51,225 bases of DNA, taken from the NCBI GenBank assembly GCA_947632285.1, contig CANROT010000001.1, forward strand, positions 1-51,225, given 5' to 3'. Below are positions 1 through 9,174 of this stretch, piece by piece; position 1 is the stretch's first letter; each line of letters opens with the position of its first letter. The DNA is from an uncultured Clostridia bacterium. Its GTDB lineage: Bacteria > Bacillota > Clostridia > Oscillospirales > CAG-272. The translations under genes were made by a program, and so were the position numbers. Under the pieces are notes generated by a model, which did no database searches, had not been told where the DNA came from, and worked only from the letters and a program-made list of their open reading frames with translations.

Positions 1-1079
1 AACCCAAGCTCGCGCGAAAAGGTTATCATGAGCCCCGAGACGCCGACGGCGAAAATGAGCGTCGCGCGGAAGACGGAGCCCGCGATGTGGCGTATGCGGT
101 TTTTTTCGCCCCTTGCGCGCGAGAGCGACACTTCCGGTACGAGGAGCGAGGAAAACGGCCCCATTATCGCGTATGGGAACATGATGACGGGCATGACCAT
201 GCCGTGGAGCGTCCCGTATGAGGCAAGCGATTCCGAATACCCGCAGCCGTGGAGGCGGAGCGCCTTCGGAATGAGGATATGCTCGACGGTCACGAGTCCG
301 GAGCGAAGATACGATGAGAGCGCGACCGGGAGCGCGGCGCCCGTGAGGCTGCGCGCGGCGGCAGAAGCGGTGTCTGCGGAGAGCTCGGTCCTGCCCGTTT
401 TTTCGTCGGACGCGGAAAAGTCGGCGTGCCGCCTGCGGTCGGCGCGGTAAAGCGCGAACGAGACGATGAATGACGCCGCCTCCGCGACGGCGCCGCCGCC
501 GACAACGGCGATAAGTGAATATTCAAGTCCCGACGGCAGAAATAGCGAAAGCCCCGCCGCCGTTATCATTATTTTGAGCACCTGACCGCAGAAGTCGGAG
601 ATCGCGTTTTTGTAGACGCGGCGGCAGGCGTTGAAGTAGCCGGAGAGGGCGGAGGTGAGCGCCGTCGGCGCGAGCGTGAACGCGAGGAGGCGCAGGCACC
701 GGACGGTGCGCCCGTCGCCGAGCAGCACGCCTCCGATATAATCGGCGCCGAAGAAAAGGACGGCGCCGCCGACCGTGCCGAAAAAGAGGCAGTAAAAGCA
801 CGCCGTGCGCATTACGTAGCCGAGACGGCGCTGCCTCTCTTCCGCCGGCGCGGTGAGGACGGTTTCCGCCGTCATTCTCGTGACGGCGAGCGAGATCCCC
901 GACGTTGCGAACGTGACGGCGAAGCCGTATGCGGAGGAGACGAGGGTGAGCAGGCCCATGCCGTCTGCGCCGAGCCTGCCGGTAACATAGACGTTGAACG
1001 CCACCGATACGGCGCGCATCAGAAGCGCCGCCCCGGTCATCAGTATGGCGTTATAAAAATACTGCTTTACCGCGCGCAT
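1..1079 (-). CDS. MOP/MurJ-superfamily flippase, SpoVB-like (stage V sporulation protein B / polysaccharide biosynthesis family). N-terminal ~359 codons; the 3' end lies outside the window
   Basis: Absent from the ORF track because there is no stop inside the window. ATG at 1077-1079 (minus) is preceded by GGAGG. I walked the frame by hand and found no stop down to nt 3. Translation MRAVKQYFYNAILMTGAALLMRAVSVAFNVYVTGRLGADGMGLLTLVSSAYGFAVTFATSGISLAVTRM... is multi-TM and has the SpoVB/MurJ N-terminal pattern. Confidence 0.65.
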   Translation of the reverse strand, partial: MRAVKQYFYNAILMTGAALLMRAVSVAFNVYVTGRLGADGMGLLTLVSSAYGFAVTFATSGISLAVTRMTAETVLTAPAEERQRRLGYVMRTACFYCLFFGTVGGAVLFFGADYIGGVLLGDGRTVRCLRLLAFTLAPTALTSALSGYFNACRRVYKNAISDFCGQVLKIMITAAGLSLFLPSGLEYSLIAVVGGGAVAEAASFIVSFALYRADRRRHADFSASDEKTGRTELSADTASAAARSLTGAALPVALSSYLRSGLVTVEHILIPKALRLHGCGYSESLASYGTLHGMVMPVIMFPYAIMGPFSSLLVPEVSLSRARGEKNRIRHIAGSVFRATLIFAVGVSGLMITFSRELG

Positions 1080-1219
1080 CTGCCGCCTCCGAGGGGTTAT
1101 ATCTTCCCTTATATATACGGCGTTTTTTGGGGATATATGCGAAAGCATATAAAACTTTTTCCCTGCCTTGTCGGCTGATGGAGGTGTAATTTTTACCCTA
1201 TATTAAAGCAGATGGAGGT

Positions 1220-1255
1220 AAAAAAAGAAATCCCAAGCATCGCCGCCGGGATTTC
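1220..1255 (-). terminator. Intrinsic terminator after lysA
   Basis: Minus strand reads GAAATCCC-(13 nt)-GGGATTTC followed by TTTTTTT. Stems are at 1227-1234 and 1248-1255, with the A-run at 1220-1226 on the plus strand. Confidence 0.7.
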
Positions 1256-1281
1256 CGGGGTGCCAAGGGGCGGGGAGCCCC

Positions 1282-2604
1282 TCATATATCGCACGCGAGG
1301 AGCTCCCGATACGTCTCCCGCCTGACGCCGAGGCGGTCGGCGCCGCCCTTCAATATGACGACGGGCGGGCGGCAGATGCGGTTATAATTCGACGCCATCG
1401 AATAGTTGTACGCACCCGTGACGAGGAACGCCAGAAGGTCCCCGCGCTCGGGACGGGCGATCATCATACCCTCCCCGAGCAGGTCGCCGGACTCGCAGCA
1501 CCTGCCGCCGACGGTGCATTCGAAATTTGCCGGCGCGTCCGCGCGGTTCGCGAGCACCGCCGTGTACCGCGACTGATAAAGTGTGTATCGTGGATTGTCC
1601 GTCATGCCGCCGTCGACGGAGACGTAGCTGCGGAACCCGGGTATTTCCTTGACGCCGCCGACGGTGTAGACCGTCATTCCCGCGTCCGCGACGATGCTGC
1701 GCCCAGGTTCGAGCAGCACGCGCGGCACCGCGACGCCGCGCTCCGCACATGCGCGCTTTATGTGCTCCGCGATTATCTCTATGTTCTTTTCAATATTTAT
1801 TTCGGGGTCGCGCTCCGTGTACCGGACGCCGAACCCGCCGCCGAGATTGAGCGTGTCCGCCTCATAGCCGAGCGAGCGGCGCACCTCTGCGATAAAGCCG
1901 ATCATTATGTCTGCGGCGTCCGCGAAGGGCTTCGCCTCGAATATCTGCGAGCCGATGTGACAGTGAAAGCCGCAGAGCTCGACGTTTTGTCGGCACAGCG
2001 CCGCGCGCGTTATCGAAAGCGCCGCGCCCGTCTCAATAGCGGAGCCGAATTTCGAGTCGACGCGCCCCGTGCTGATCTTTGCGTGCGTGTGCGGGTCGAT
2101 GCCGGGCGTTATGCGCAGCAGTATCTTCTGCTTTATGCCGAGCCTTTCCGCCTCCGCGTCAACGCGGTCGAGCTCCTCGGCGCTGTCAATGATGAAATAT
2201 CCGACGCCGCTCTCCATCGCAAATCGAATGTCGGCGTCGGTCTTATTATTTCCGTGAAAATAGGCGCGCCCGGTCGGGAATCCCGCCGCCGCGGCGGTCG
2301 CGAGCTCGCCGGGGGAGACTATGTCGGTCGACATGTTCTCGCTCTTCATTATTCGGTATATCTCGCGGAAACAGAGCGCCTTTGAGGCATAGAGCGGCTC
2401 CGAGCCCGCGGGGAGGTATTTTTCCATCGCCTCCTTATATTCGCGGCACCTGGCGCGAATGCGGTCCTCGTCTATGAGCATCAGCGGAGTGCCGTATTTT
2501 TCCGCGAGCCGCACCGTGTCAACGCCGGCGAAACAGAGGTGCCCGCCCTCGCCGACGGTCACGTTTTCGTGAAGTATCGTTTTTGAAAGTGTTTCGGTCG
2601 TCAT
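1282..2604 (-). CDS. lysA: Diaminopimelate decarboxylase
   Basis: 440-aa ORF with a PLP-dependent Orn/DAP decarboxylase pattern (GTPLMLIDEDRIR..., YASKAL, HCHIGSQ, GGGFGV, CESGD). It is the last gene of the dap operon. Confidence 0.92.
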   Translation of the reverse strand: MTTETLSKTILHENVTVGEGGHLCFAGVDTVRLAEKYGTPLMLIDEDRIRARCREYKEAMEKYLPAGSEPLYASKALCFREIYRIMKSENMSTDIVSPGELATAAAAGFPTGRAYFHGNNKTDADIRFAMESGVGYFIIDSAEELDRVDAEAERLGIKQKILLRITPGIDPHTHAKISTGRVDSKFGSAIETGAALSITRAALCRQNVELCGFHCHIGSQIFEAKPFADAADIMIGFIAEVRRSLGYEADTLNLGGGFGVRYTERDPEINIEKNIEIIAEHIKRACAERGVAVPRVLLEPGRSIVADAGMTVYTVGGVKEIPGFRSYVSVDGGMTDNPRYTLYQSRYTAVLANRADAPANFECTVGGRCCESGDLLGEGMMIARPERGDLLAFLVTGAYNYSMASNYNRICRPPVVILKGGADRLGVRRETYRELLACDI

Positions 2605-2613
2605 AATTTATCC

Positions 2614-3795
2614 TCAGAAAAATGTGCGCAGGCGCGCCGCCGCCTCATCTGTCGCCTCGTGCGAGCCGAAAGCGGTCAGGCGGAAATAGCCCTCACCGCA
2701 CTTGCCGAACCCGGCGCCGGGCGTGCCGACGATGTTTGCCTCGGTGAGCAGCCTGTCAAAGAACTCCCACGAACTGCCGGTGCCGGTGCATTTCAGCCAG
2801 ATATACGGCGAGGAGACGCCGCCCGTGAACGTGACGCCGCGCTTGCGCAGGACGGAGGCGAGGCGCGTCGCGTTTTCCATATAATATTTCACGAGCCCGA
2901 GGCATTCCTCGCGCCCCGTATCGGACAGCGCCGCCTCCGCGCCGCGCTGCACGACATACGGGACGCCGTTGAACTTCGTCGCCTGCCTCCTGCCCCACAT
3001 TTCGCAGAGCGACATTCCGCCCGCCGTGAGCTCGGAGGGGACGACCGTCCACGAGCAGCGCGTTCCCGTGAATCCCGCGTCCTTTGAGAGGCTGCATATT
3101 TCAACGGCGCATGCGCGCGCGCCCTCTATTTCGTATATGGAGTGCGGGCAGCCGTCGCTTATGTACGCCTCATAGGCGGCGTCGAAGATGATGAGCGAGC
3201 CCGTTCTGTTCGCAAAATCCACCCAGGCGGCGAGCATTTCGCGGTCATAGACCGCGCCGGTCGGATTGTTCGGCGAGCAGATGTAGATGATATAACCCTC
3301 GCCGCGAATGCCGTCCGGCATCGGAAGAAAGCCGTTTTCCTCTGTCGCGGGCAAAAACTCGACGCGGCGGCCCGCCATCAGGTTCGAATCGAGGTAGACG
3401 GGGTAGACCGGGTCGGGTATGAGCACCGTGTTGTCGCCGAACAGCTCCGTGATGTTTCCGACGTCGCTCTTCGCGCCGTCCGAGACGAAGATCTCCGAGG
3501 TGCCGAGCGCAACGCCGAACCGTTCGTAGCGGCGCTTTATCGCCTCGAGCAGAAAATCATATCCGAACTCGGGCGCGTACCCGCGGAACGTCGACTTTTC
3601 CGCCATTTCGGAGACGGCGGCGGACATCGCCGAGGTGACGGCAGGCGTCAGCGGCAACGTCACATCTCCGATCCCGAGGCGGATCATGCGCGCCTCCGGG
3701 TGCGCGGCGGTAAATTTTGCGACGCGCGACGCGATCTCGGAAAAGAGATAGCTCTTTCCGACGGAGCGGTAGTTTTCATTTATCTTTATCTTCAC
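2614..3795 (-). CDS. dapL: LL-diaminopimelate aminotransferase (DapL-type)
   Basis: 393-aa ORF. N-terminus INENYRSVGKSYLFSEIASRV..IRLGIGDVT and a class I/II aminotransferase core (SPNNPTG, SLSKDAGFTGTR) are typical of DapL. It sits between dapF and lysA. Confidence 0.85.
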   Translation of the reverse strand: MKIKINENYRSVGKSYLFSEIASRVAKFTAAHPEARMIRLGIGDVTLPLTPAVTSAMSAAVSEMAEKSTFRGYAPEFGYDFLLEAIKRRYERFGVALGTSEIFVSDGAKSDVGNITELFGDNTVLIPDPVYPVYLDSNLMAGRRVEFLPATEENGFLPMPDGIRGEGYIIYICSPNNPTGAVYDREMLAAWVDFANRTGSLIIFDAAYEAYISDGCPHSIYEIEGARACAVEICSLSKDAGFTGTRCSWTVVPSELTAGGMSLCEMWGRRQATKFNGVPYVVQRGAEAALSDTGREECLGLVKYYMENATRLASVLRKRGVTFTGGVSSPYIWLKCTGTGSSWEFFDRLLTEANIVGTPGAGFGKCGEGYFRLTAFGSHEATDEAAARLRTFF

Positions 3796-3816
3796 TTTTG
3801 ACCCCCAAAAAAGAAA

Positions 3817-4665
3817 CTATATTTCGTAAACGCCCTCGTAGACCTTCACCGCCGGACCCGCCATCGTCACCGAAAAGTCGCCGTCGACGGTGACGGCGAG
3901 CTCCCCGCCGACAAGGCGCACGGAAACGGGCTCGCCGGGGCGGCAGATCCCGAGCCGCACGGCGGCGGCGACAGAGGCGCACGCGCCGGTGCCGCAGGCG
4001 TATGTCTCGCCCGAGCCCCGCTCCCAGACGCGCATTTCGAGCGTTTTATCGTCTATGACGCGGACAAATTCGGTGTTTACCCGCTCCGGGAACATGGGGT
4101 GGCGCTCAAAGCGCGGGCCTATATCGCACAGGTCGAGGGAGGCGACGTCGTCAACGAACGTGACGGCGTGCGGATTCCCCATCGAAACGCAGGTCAACCG
4201 CCACTTTCTGCCCGCGACCTCGACGGCGCCGTCTATGAATTCATCTGTGCCGCAGAGCACGGGGACGTCCGCGGCATCAAACGAGGCGCGCCCCATTCCG
4301 ACCGTGACGCTTGCGACCTTCCCGGTCTTTTCGTCGGGGAACAGCGTGAGCGTTTTTATGCCGCTCCGCGTCTCGACCGTAACGGAGGTGCTTTTTACAA
4401 TGCCGTTGTCGTAGAGAAATTTGCCGACACAGCGTATCGCGTTGCCGCACATCATGCCCTCGCTCCCGTCGAGGTTGAACATGCGCATTTTGGCGTTCGC
4501 AACGTCGGACCGGCAGATGAGGACGAGCCCGTCCGCGCCGACGGAGGTATGGCGGGGCGACATCAGCGCCGAGAGCGCGCCGGGATCGCGCGGCTCGCCG
4601 GAGAGGCAGTCGAGGTATATATAGTCGTTGCCGCAGCCGTGCATCTTTGTAAAGTTTATTTTCAT
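3817..4665 (-). CDS. dapF: Diaminopimelate epimerase
   Basis: ORF 3817..4689. The preferred start is ATG at 4665 (MKINFTKMHGCGNDYIY), preceded by AAAGGGGA and lying 10 nt after the dapB stop. Both catalytic-Cys contexts are present (MCGNAIRC, ACGTGA). Confidence 0.9.
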   Translation of the reverse strand: MKINFTKMHGCGNDYIYLDCLSGEPRDPGALSALMSPRHTSVGADGLVLICRSDVANAKMRMFNLDGSEGMMCGNAIRCVGKFLYDNGIVKSTSVTVETRSGIKTLTLFPDEKTGKVASVTVGMGRASFDAADVPVLCGTDEFIDGAVEVAGRKWRLTCVSMGNPHAVTFVDDVASLDLCDIGPRFERHPMFPERVNTEFVRVIDDKTLEMRVWERGSGETYACGTGACASVAAAVRLGICRPGEPVSVRLVGGELAVTVDGDFSVTMAGPAVKVYEGVYEI

Positions 4666-4675
4666 GCAGTCCCCT

Positions 4676-5422
4676 TTATTCCGCCGCAACGTCGTCCATC
4701 GTATACATTCCCGCCGGTTTCCCGACGAGGAAGGAGGCGGCGGTCAGCGCGCCCTCCGCAAAGAGCGTTCTGCTCTCGGCTTTGTGTTTAAGCGATATTA
4801 TCTCGTTGCCGGACGAGATGATGACCTCATGCTCACCGACGACGCCGCCGATGCGGAGCGAGTGTATACCGATCTCGTTTTTCGCTCGCTTTTTGTGCCC
4901 GGAGCGCCCGAAGACGGGCTCCGCGTCAGGGATCGAATCCCGGACGGCGCGCGCGAGCGCCAGCGCTGTGCCGCTCGGCGCGTCGAGCTTTCTGTCGTGG
5001 TGCGTCTCGATGATCTCGACCTCGGCGTCGGGCATTATCGCGGCGGCTGCCCTCGCGAATCTGGCGAGCACGGCGATGCCGAGCGAGAAATTCGCCGAGA
5101 GAAAGACAGGTATTTTTTCGGACGCAGCTTTTATCTGCGCCGTCTCCTCGTCCGTCTGCCCCGTCGTCGCGATGACGAGCGGCAGCGAGCGCGCGACGGC
5201 GTATTCGGTCAGCGCCGCCGTACACGTGTGGTGCGAAAAGTCGATGATGACGTCCGCCCTGCCGGTGTATTCCTCGAGCGCGCCGAACAGCTTCGGGTCC
5301 CCGGCGTCGGCGGACGGGTCAATGCCTGCGGCGAGCCGCAGCCCCGGCCGCGCGCCCGCCTCAATGAGTTCGCGCACGGCGGCGCCCATTCGTCCGCACG
5401 CACCGTTCAGTATGATATCCAT
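4676..5422 (-). CDS. dapB: 4-hydroxy-tetrahydrodipicolinate reductase
   Basis: 248-aa ORF showing GACGRMG dinucleotide binding, the ETHHDRKLDAPSGTA signature and GEHEVI. Confidence 0.9.
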   Translation of the reverse strand: MDIILNGACGRMGAAVRELIEAGARPGLRLAAGIDPSADAGDPKLFGALEEYTGRADVIIDFSHHTCTAALTEYAVARSLPLVIATTGQTDEETAQIKAASEKIPVFLSANFSLGIAVLARFARAAAAIMPDAEVEIIETHHDRKLDAPSGTALALARAVRDSIPDAEPVFGRSGHKKRAKNEIGIHSLRIGGVVGEHEVIISSGNEIISLKHKAESRTLFAEGALTAASFLVGKPAGMYTMDDVAAE

Positions 5423-5442
5423 GGCATATTCCTCTCTGCATT

Positions 5443-6333
5443 TTACTTTATTTCTATTCCCGCCTCGATCATGCGGCGGCGGAGGATCTCCCGCTTTTCA
5501 GGCTCCATGCGGCAGAGCGGCCCGCGCAGCTCGACGGAGCAGAAACCCATCATCGCCATCGCCTCCTTCACCGGGATAGGATTGACGTCCGAGAAGAGCG
5601 CCTTTATGAGCGGGAGCAGGCGGAGCTGGAGCGCGGCGCTCTCGGCGACCCTGCCCTCCGAGAACAGGCGGCAGATCTCGCGCGTCTCCCTCGGCATGAT
5701 GTTTGAGAGCACGGAGATGACGCCGACGGCGCCGAGCGCCATCAAGGGCGTTATCTGATCGTCGTTGCCGGAGTAGAGCGCGAGCCTGTCGCCGACGAGG
5801 GACGCAGTCTCGACGATGGCGGAGATATTGCCGCACGCCTCCTTTATCCCGACGATGTTCGGGTGATCGGCGAGGGCATCATACGTCTCCGGCGCGATGT
5901 TCATTCCCGTGCGCGACGGGACGTTGTACAGTATCATCGGCTTGTCGATGCTGTCGCCGATCTCGGTATACAAATTTATGAGCCCGCGCTGGGAGGTCTT
6001 GTTGTAATACGGCGTGACGACGAGCAGCGCGTCCGCGCCCGCCTCGCACGCCGCCCGGCAGAGGTAGATCGCGTGTACGGTGTCGTTGCTGCCGGTCCCC
6101 GCGATGACGGGGACGCGCCCGGCGGCGCGCTTTACCGCGTATGCGATCGTGTCGATGTGCTCGCGGTCGACGAGCGTTGACGCCTCACCCGTCGTCCCGC
6201 AGACGACGAGCGCGTCGACGCCGCTCTCTATTTGCCAGTCTATGATCCTGCCGAACGAATCATAATCGACGGCGCGGCCGGAAAAAGGCGTTACGAGCGC
6301 CGTTGCGACGCCGGTGAATACGGTTTTTTTCAT
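5443..6333 (-). CDS. dapA: 4-hydroxy-tetrahydrodipicolinate synthase
   Basis: 296-aa ORF with GVATALVTPF, GTTGE, PYYNK and IVGIKEA (Schiff-base Lys context). It is the first gene after the lysine riboswitch. Confidence 0.92.
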   Translation of the reverse strand: MKKTVFTGVATALVTPFSGRAVDYDSFGRIIDWQIESGVDALVVCGTTGEASTLVDREHIDTIAYAVKRAAGRVPVIAGTGSNDTVHAIYLCRAACEAGADALLVVTPYYNKTSQRGLINLYTEIGDSIDKPMILYNVPSRTGMNIAPETYDALADHPNIVGIKEACGNISAIVETASLVGDRLALYSGNDDQITPLMALGAVGVISVLSNIMPRETREICRLFSEGRVAESAALQLRLLPLIKALFSDVNPIPVKEAMAMMGFCSVELRGPLCRMEPEKREILRRRMIEAGIEIK

Positions 6334-6354
6334 GGTTGTGGGTCTCCTCCCGCA

Positions 6355-6397
6355 CGAAAAACAGCGGCAGCCGATACGAAAGAGTACCGGCTGCCGA
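6355..6397 (-). terminator. Expression-platform terminator of the lysine riboswitch
   Basis: Minus strand reads CGGCAGCCGGTAC-tctttc-GTATCGGCTGCCG followed by CTGTTTTT, about 20 nt upstream of the dapA RBS and ATG. Confidence 0.8.
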
Positions 6398-6592
6398 AAA
6401 TAGTACGGGATCAGCGCTCACGATAGCTCTCCGTTTTGATAAACGACAGTCCGGGAGATGTTCTCGCCCCGGCCCAAGCTCCGCGCCGTCGCCCGACGCG
6501 TGCTTTCGGCACCGGCACCTTTCACCCTCCCGACGGTCGGCGACGACCTCGGGGCAGGAGAGCTACTGTTTGCGCGGTGCGCCTCTACCTTT
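6398..6592 (-). promoter_or_regulatory. Lysine riboswitch (L-box) aptamer plus switching region
   Basis: Minus strand reads GGTAGAGGCGCACC..CAGTAGCTC..GGGAGGGTGAAAGGTGCCGGTGCCGAAAGC..GCTTGGGCCGGGG..CCGGACTGTCG. This matches the conserved L-box blocks (AGAGGYGC, AGTA, GAAAGG, GCCGAAR, TGG, CTGTC) in the same order as the B. subtilis lysC leader. Confidence 0.85.
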
Positions 6593-6625
6593 GATTTGCG
6601 TGTATGTTCAGTTTTAATTTTTCAC

Positions 6626-6654
6626 AGTATATCACACCGGCACCCCGGTGTCAA
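6626..6654 (-). promoter_or_regulatory. Sigma-A type promoter of the dap/lys operon
   Basis: Minus strand reads TTGACA (6649-6654), a 17-nt spacer, then TATACT (6626-6631). It lies about 35 nt upstream of the riboswitch 5' end. Confidence 0.7.
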
Positions 6655-6682
6655 CGGTTTTTTTGTGCTGCGGCAAAAATTG

Positions 6683-7603
6683 TTATATCGCGGCGGTCAC
6701 CGGCCCGTATGCGGCGGCGACGCGCGCGTATTCGTCCTCTGTGATCTTCAGTATGCTGCCGTGGCGCTTGATGGAGCGGCCGAGGTCGTAGTCGCCGCGA
6801 TTTATCGTTTCGAACCGCCCGCTCTTAAGGTCGCGGGTGACGAGCGGCAGGTATCCGAGCCCTTTCGCGAACTGATCGACCATCAGGCACCATGCGCCGT
6901 CATTGCGCAGAAACGCGATCGGACCCTCGACGCCGGGAAGGGACGCGAGCGCATCGCTGTGTATCTCGGTGAATTCGCCTATAAGGTCGGGGCCGCAGTC
7001 CATGATGATGCGCTTCGTCGTCTCGTCCTTCGAGAAGCGATAGAAGACGCCGTTTTCACTGATGATCGTCGTGTCTATGACGTCGTCGCCCTTTTCGATA
7101 TAGAGCACGGGCTCCGAGAAGGTTTTGAAATCGCGCGTGTACGCGCGGTAGATCTTCTGCTTGCGATGGCCGCCGCCCATGTCCATCTTCGACGCCCAGA
7201 AGACGAGGTACGCGTCGCGCTCGGAGTCGTATGCCGCCTCGGGCGCCCAGACGCAGCCCGCGCCCTCGAGCGCGGTGTCGAAGAACCAGGGCTCGGACCA
7301 GTTGACGAGGTCGTCTGACGTCCAGATGACCATTTTCCGGCTCCCCTCGTTCTGAGCGACGCCCCAGCCCTTGCCGCTCGCGATGCGGAGGTCGGTGGCG
7401 ATGATGTAGAATTTCCCGTCTATTTTCGAGCGGAGAATGAACGGGTCGCGGACGCCGCCCTCGCCTATCGTTGAGCGGAGAACGGGCTCCCCGCCGTTCT
7501 GATCCTCAAAATGAAGTCCGTCCCGGCTGAGGGAAAAATATACCTGCTCGCCGTTCGGCGATTCCCCGGTGAAATGCACTAAGATATAGCAGTTTTCTTC
7601 CAT
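6683..7603 (-). CDS. Glycoside hydrolase family 43 protein (beta-xylosidase/arabinanase-like five-bladed propeller)
   Basis: 306-aa ORF with VRDPFILRS, WTSDDLVNWS, VWAPEA and a YRFSKDE pattern typical of GH43. No signal peptide. Confidence 0.75.
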   Translation of the reverse strand: MEENCYILVHFTGESPNGEQVYFSLSRDGLHFEDQNGGEPVLRSTIGEGGVRDPFILRSKIDGKFYIIATDLRIASGKGWGVAQNEGSRKMVIWTSDDLVNWSEPWFFDTALEGAGCVWAPEAAYDSERDAYLVFWASKMDMGGGHRKQKIYRAYTRDFKTFSEPVLYIEKGDDVIDTTIISENGVFYRFSKDETTKRIIMDCGPDLIGEFTEIHSDALASLPGVEGPIAFLRNDGAWCLMVDQFAKGLGYLPLVTRDLKSGRFETINRGDYDLGRSIKRHGSILKITEDEYARVAAAYGPVTAAI

Positions 7604-7623
7604 GGCTGAAATTGTCCTTTCAT

Positions 7624-9174
7624 CTATATTCGGAGCGCCTCGCGGAGCGTTTTTCTGACGGCGCCCGGAGACGATACCATTCTGCCGAAGTAGTCGGCGA
7701 CGCGCGCGAAGAGCGGCGTTTTCGTGACGTCAAGGCCGAAGACGGAGACGTCCGAAAGGATCGGGGCGAGCGCCTCGGAAAAGTTGCCGCTGTCGCCGAG
7801 GCTTATATCGGCGAGATGCGCGTGCATCTCGTCATAGCGCGGATCGCTGCTCGGCGTGAACGGCGCGCCGCTGTCGTCAACGGCGAGCAGATAGCGGCAC
7901 CACCCGGCGTATACGAGCGGGACGGCGACGAGCTCCTCCGTCGGCAGCCCGCGGGATATATATTCCCTGACCGTCTGACCGAAGCGGACGGAGAGCTTTT
8001 GCGACGTGTCCGTCGCGATCCTCTGCGGCGTGTCCGGCATAAAGGGGTTCGGCAGCCTCACGTTCACGACCTCGTCGATAAACGCGCGCGGCGAGACGAT
8101 CCTCGGGTCGGTGACGACGGGCAGCCCCTCCACATACCCGAGGCGGCGGATCAGCGCGGAAAGCTCGGGGTCCGCGACCTCGCGGCTGATGAGCGTGTAG
8201 CCTAAAAGGCAGCCGAAGACGGCGAGCGCGGTGTGCAAGGGGTTCAGGCAGGTCGAGACCTTCATGCGCTCCGTCTTAAAGACCGTTTCGCGGTCGGTGA
8301 AGATGACGCCGACGCGGTCGAGCGGCGGACGCCCCGCGGGGAACTTGTCCTCGACGACGAGGTATTCGGGCGCCTCCGCGTTGACGAACGGCGCTATGTA
8401 CGTGTGCTTTTCGGTCACGACCGTTTCCGTGTCGCAGAATCCGTCTCTGCGGAGCATTTCCGCGACCCTTTCGTCCGGGCGCGGCGTGATCTTGTCTATC
8501 ATTGAGCACGGGAACGTGACGCGCCCCTCGTTCGTGAGCCAATCGATGAACGCCTGCGGGAGCGCGCCGCGCGCCGCCCACCCGCGCGCATAGGCGAGGA
8601 CCGCGGCGGCAAGCCTGTCCCCGTTGCCGGAGCAGTTGTCCATGGAGAGCAGCGCTATCGGCGGGCCGCCGGCGCTGAATCTTTCATAGAGCAGATACGT
8701 GAGCTGCCCCATGAAGCTGTGCGCATCAGACGGGGCGCGCCCGAGGTCCGGGATCTCGCCCGGCACCGCGTAGCCCTTTTCCGTTATCGTGAAGCTGACG
8801 AGGTGCAGGGAGGGAGATCTGAAGATCTCCTTCAGGCGCGGGACGCTGTCCGCGACGAAGAGAGACTCGGCAACGCAGCCGATGGGCGTCTTTTTGACGG
8901 TTCCGTCACCGCAGAGCGTCACGAGCAGCGACAGATCGTCATGCGGGCGGTATATTTTTTCAATTATTTCGGGGTCAAAGCCCTCGGCGGCGATGATGCC
9001 GCGGTCCGCTATCTCGCCCTCGAGCATGCGCTCCGCGAGCGCGCACGGAAACGCGCGGAATATGTTTCCCGCGCCGAAGTGGAGCCATTCGGGGGACGAC
9101 CTTGTCCTCTCCCTCATTTTCTCGCGGTCGTATGGAAATTTCAGGTCTTCAAGCGTCATTTCGTGCACCTTCAA
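7624..9174 (-). CDS. Mannitol dehydrogenase family oxidoreductase (fructuronate/tagaturonate reductase-like)
   Basis: 516-aa ORF with an N-terminal HFGAGNIFRAF Rossmann motif and a long C-terminal helical domain typical of long-chain mannitol/mannonate dehydrogenases. The start overlaps the greA stop (ATGA). Confidence 0.7.
   Translation of the reverse strand: MKVHEMTLEDLKFPYDREKMRERTRSSPEWLHFGAGNIFRAFPCALAERMLEGEIADRGIIAAEGFDPEIIEKIYRPHDDLSLLVTLCGDGTVKKTPIGCVAESLFVADSVPRLKEIFRSPSLHLVSFTITEKGYAVPGEIPDLGRAPSDAHSFMGQLTYLLYERFSAGGPPIALLSMDNCSGNGDRLAAAVLAYARGWAARGALPQAFIDWLTNEGRVTFPCSMIDKITPRPDERVAEMLRRDGFCDTETVVTEKHTYIAPFVNAEAPEYLVVEDKFPAGRPPLDRVGVIFTDRETVFKTERMKVSTCLNPLHTALAVFGCLLGYTLISREVADPELSALIRRLGYVEGLPVVTDPRIVSPRAFIDEVVNVRLPNPFMPDTPQRIATDTSQKLSVRFGQTVREYISRGLPTEELVAVPLVYAGWCRYLLAVDDSGAPFTPSSDPRYDEMHAHLADISLGDSGNFSEALAPILSDVSVFGLDVTKTPLFARVADYFGRMVSSPGAVRKTLREALRI

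Noticed and set aside
28-801. ORFs 28..450(+), 290..526(-) and 523..801(-) at the left edge.
   Set aside because: All overlap the open SpoVB-like frame (1..1079, minus), which has a proper RBS and start and a membrane-protein sequence. These ORFs are Arg/Pro-rich out-of-frame artefacts.
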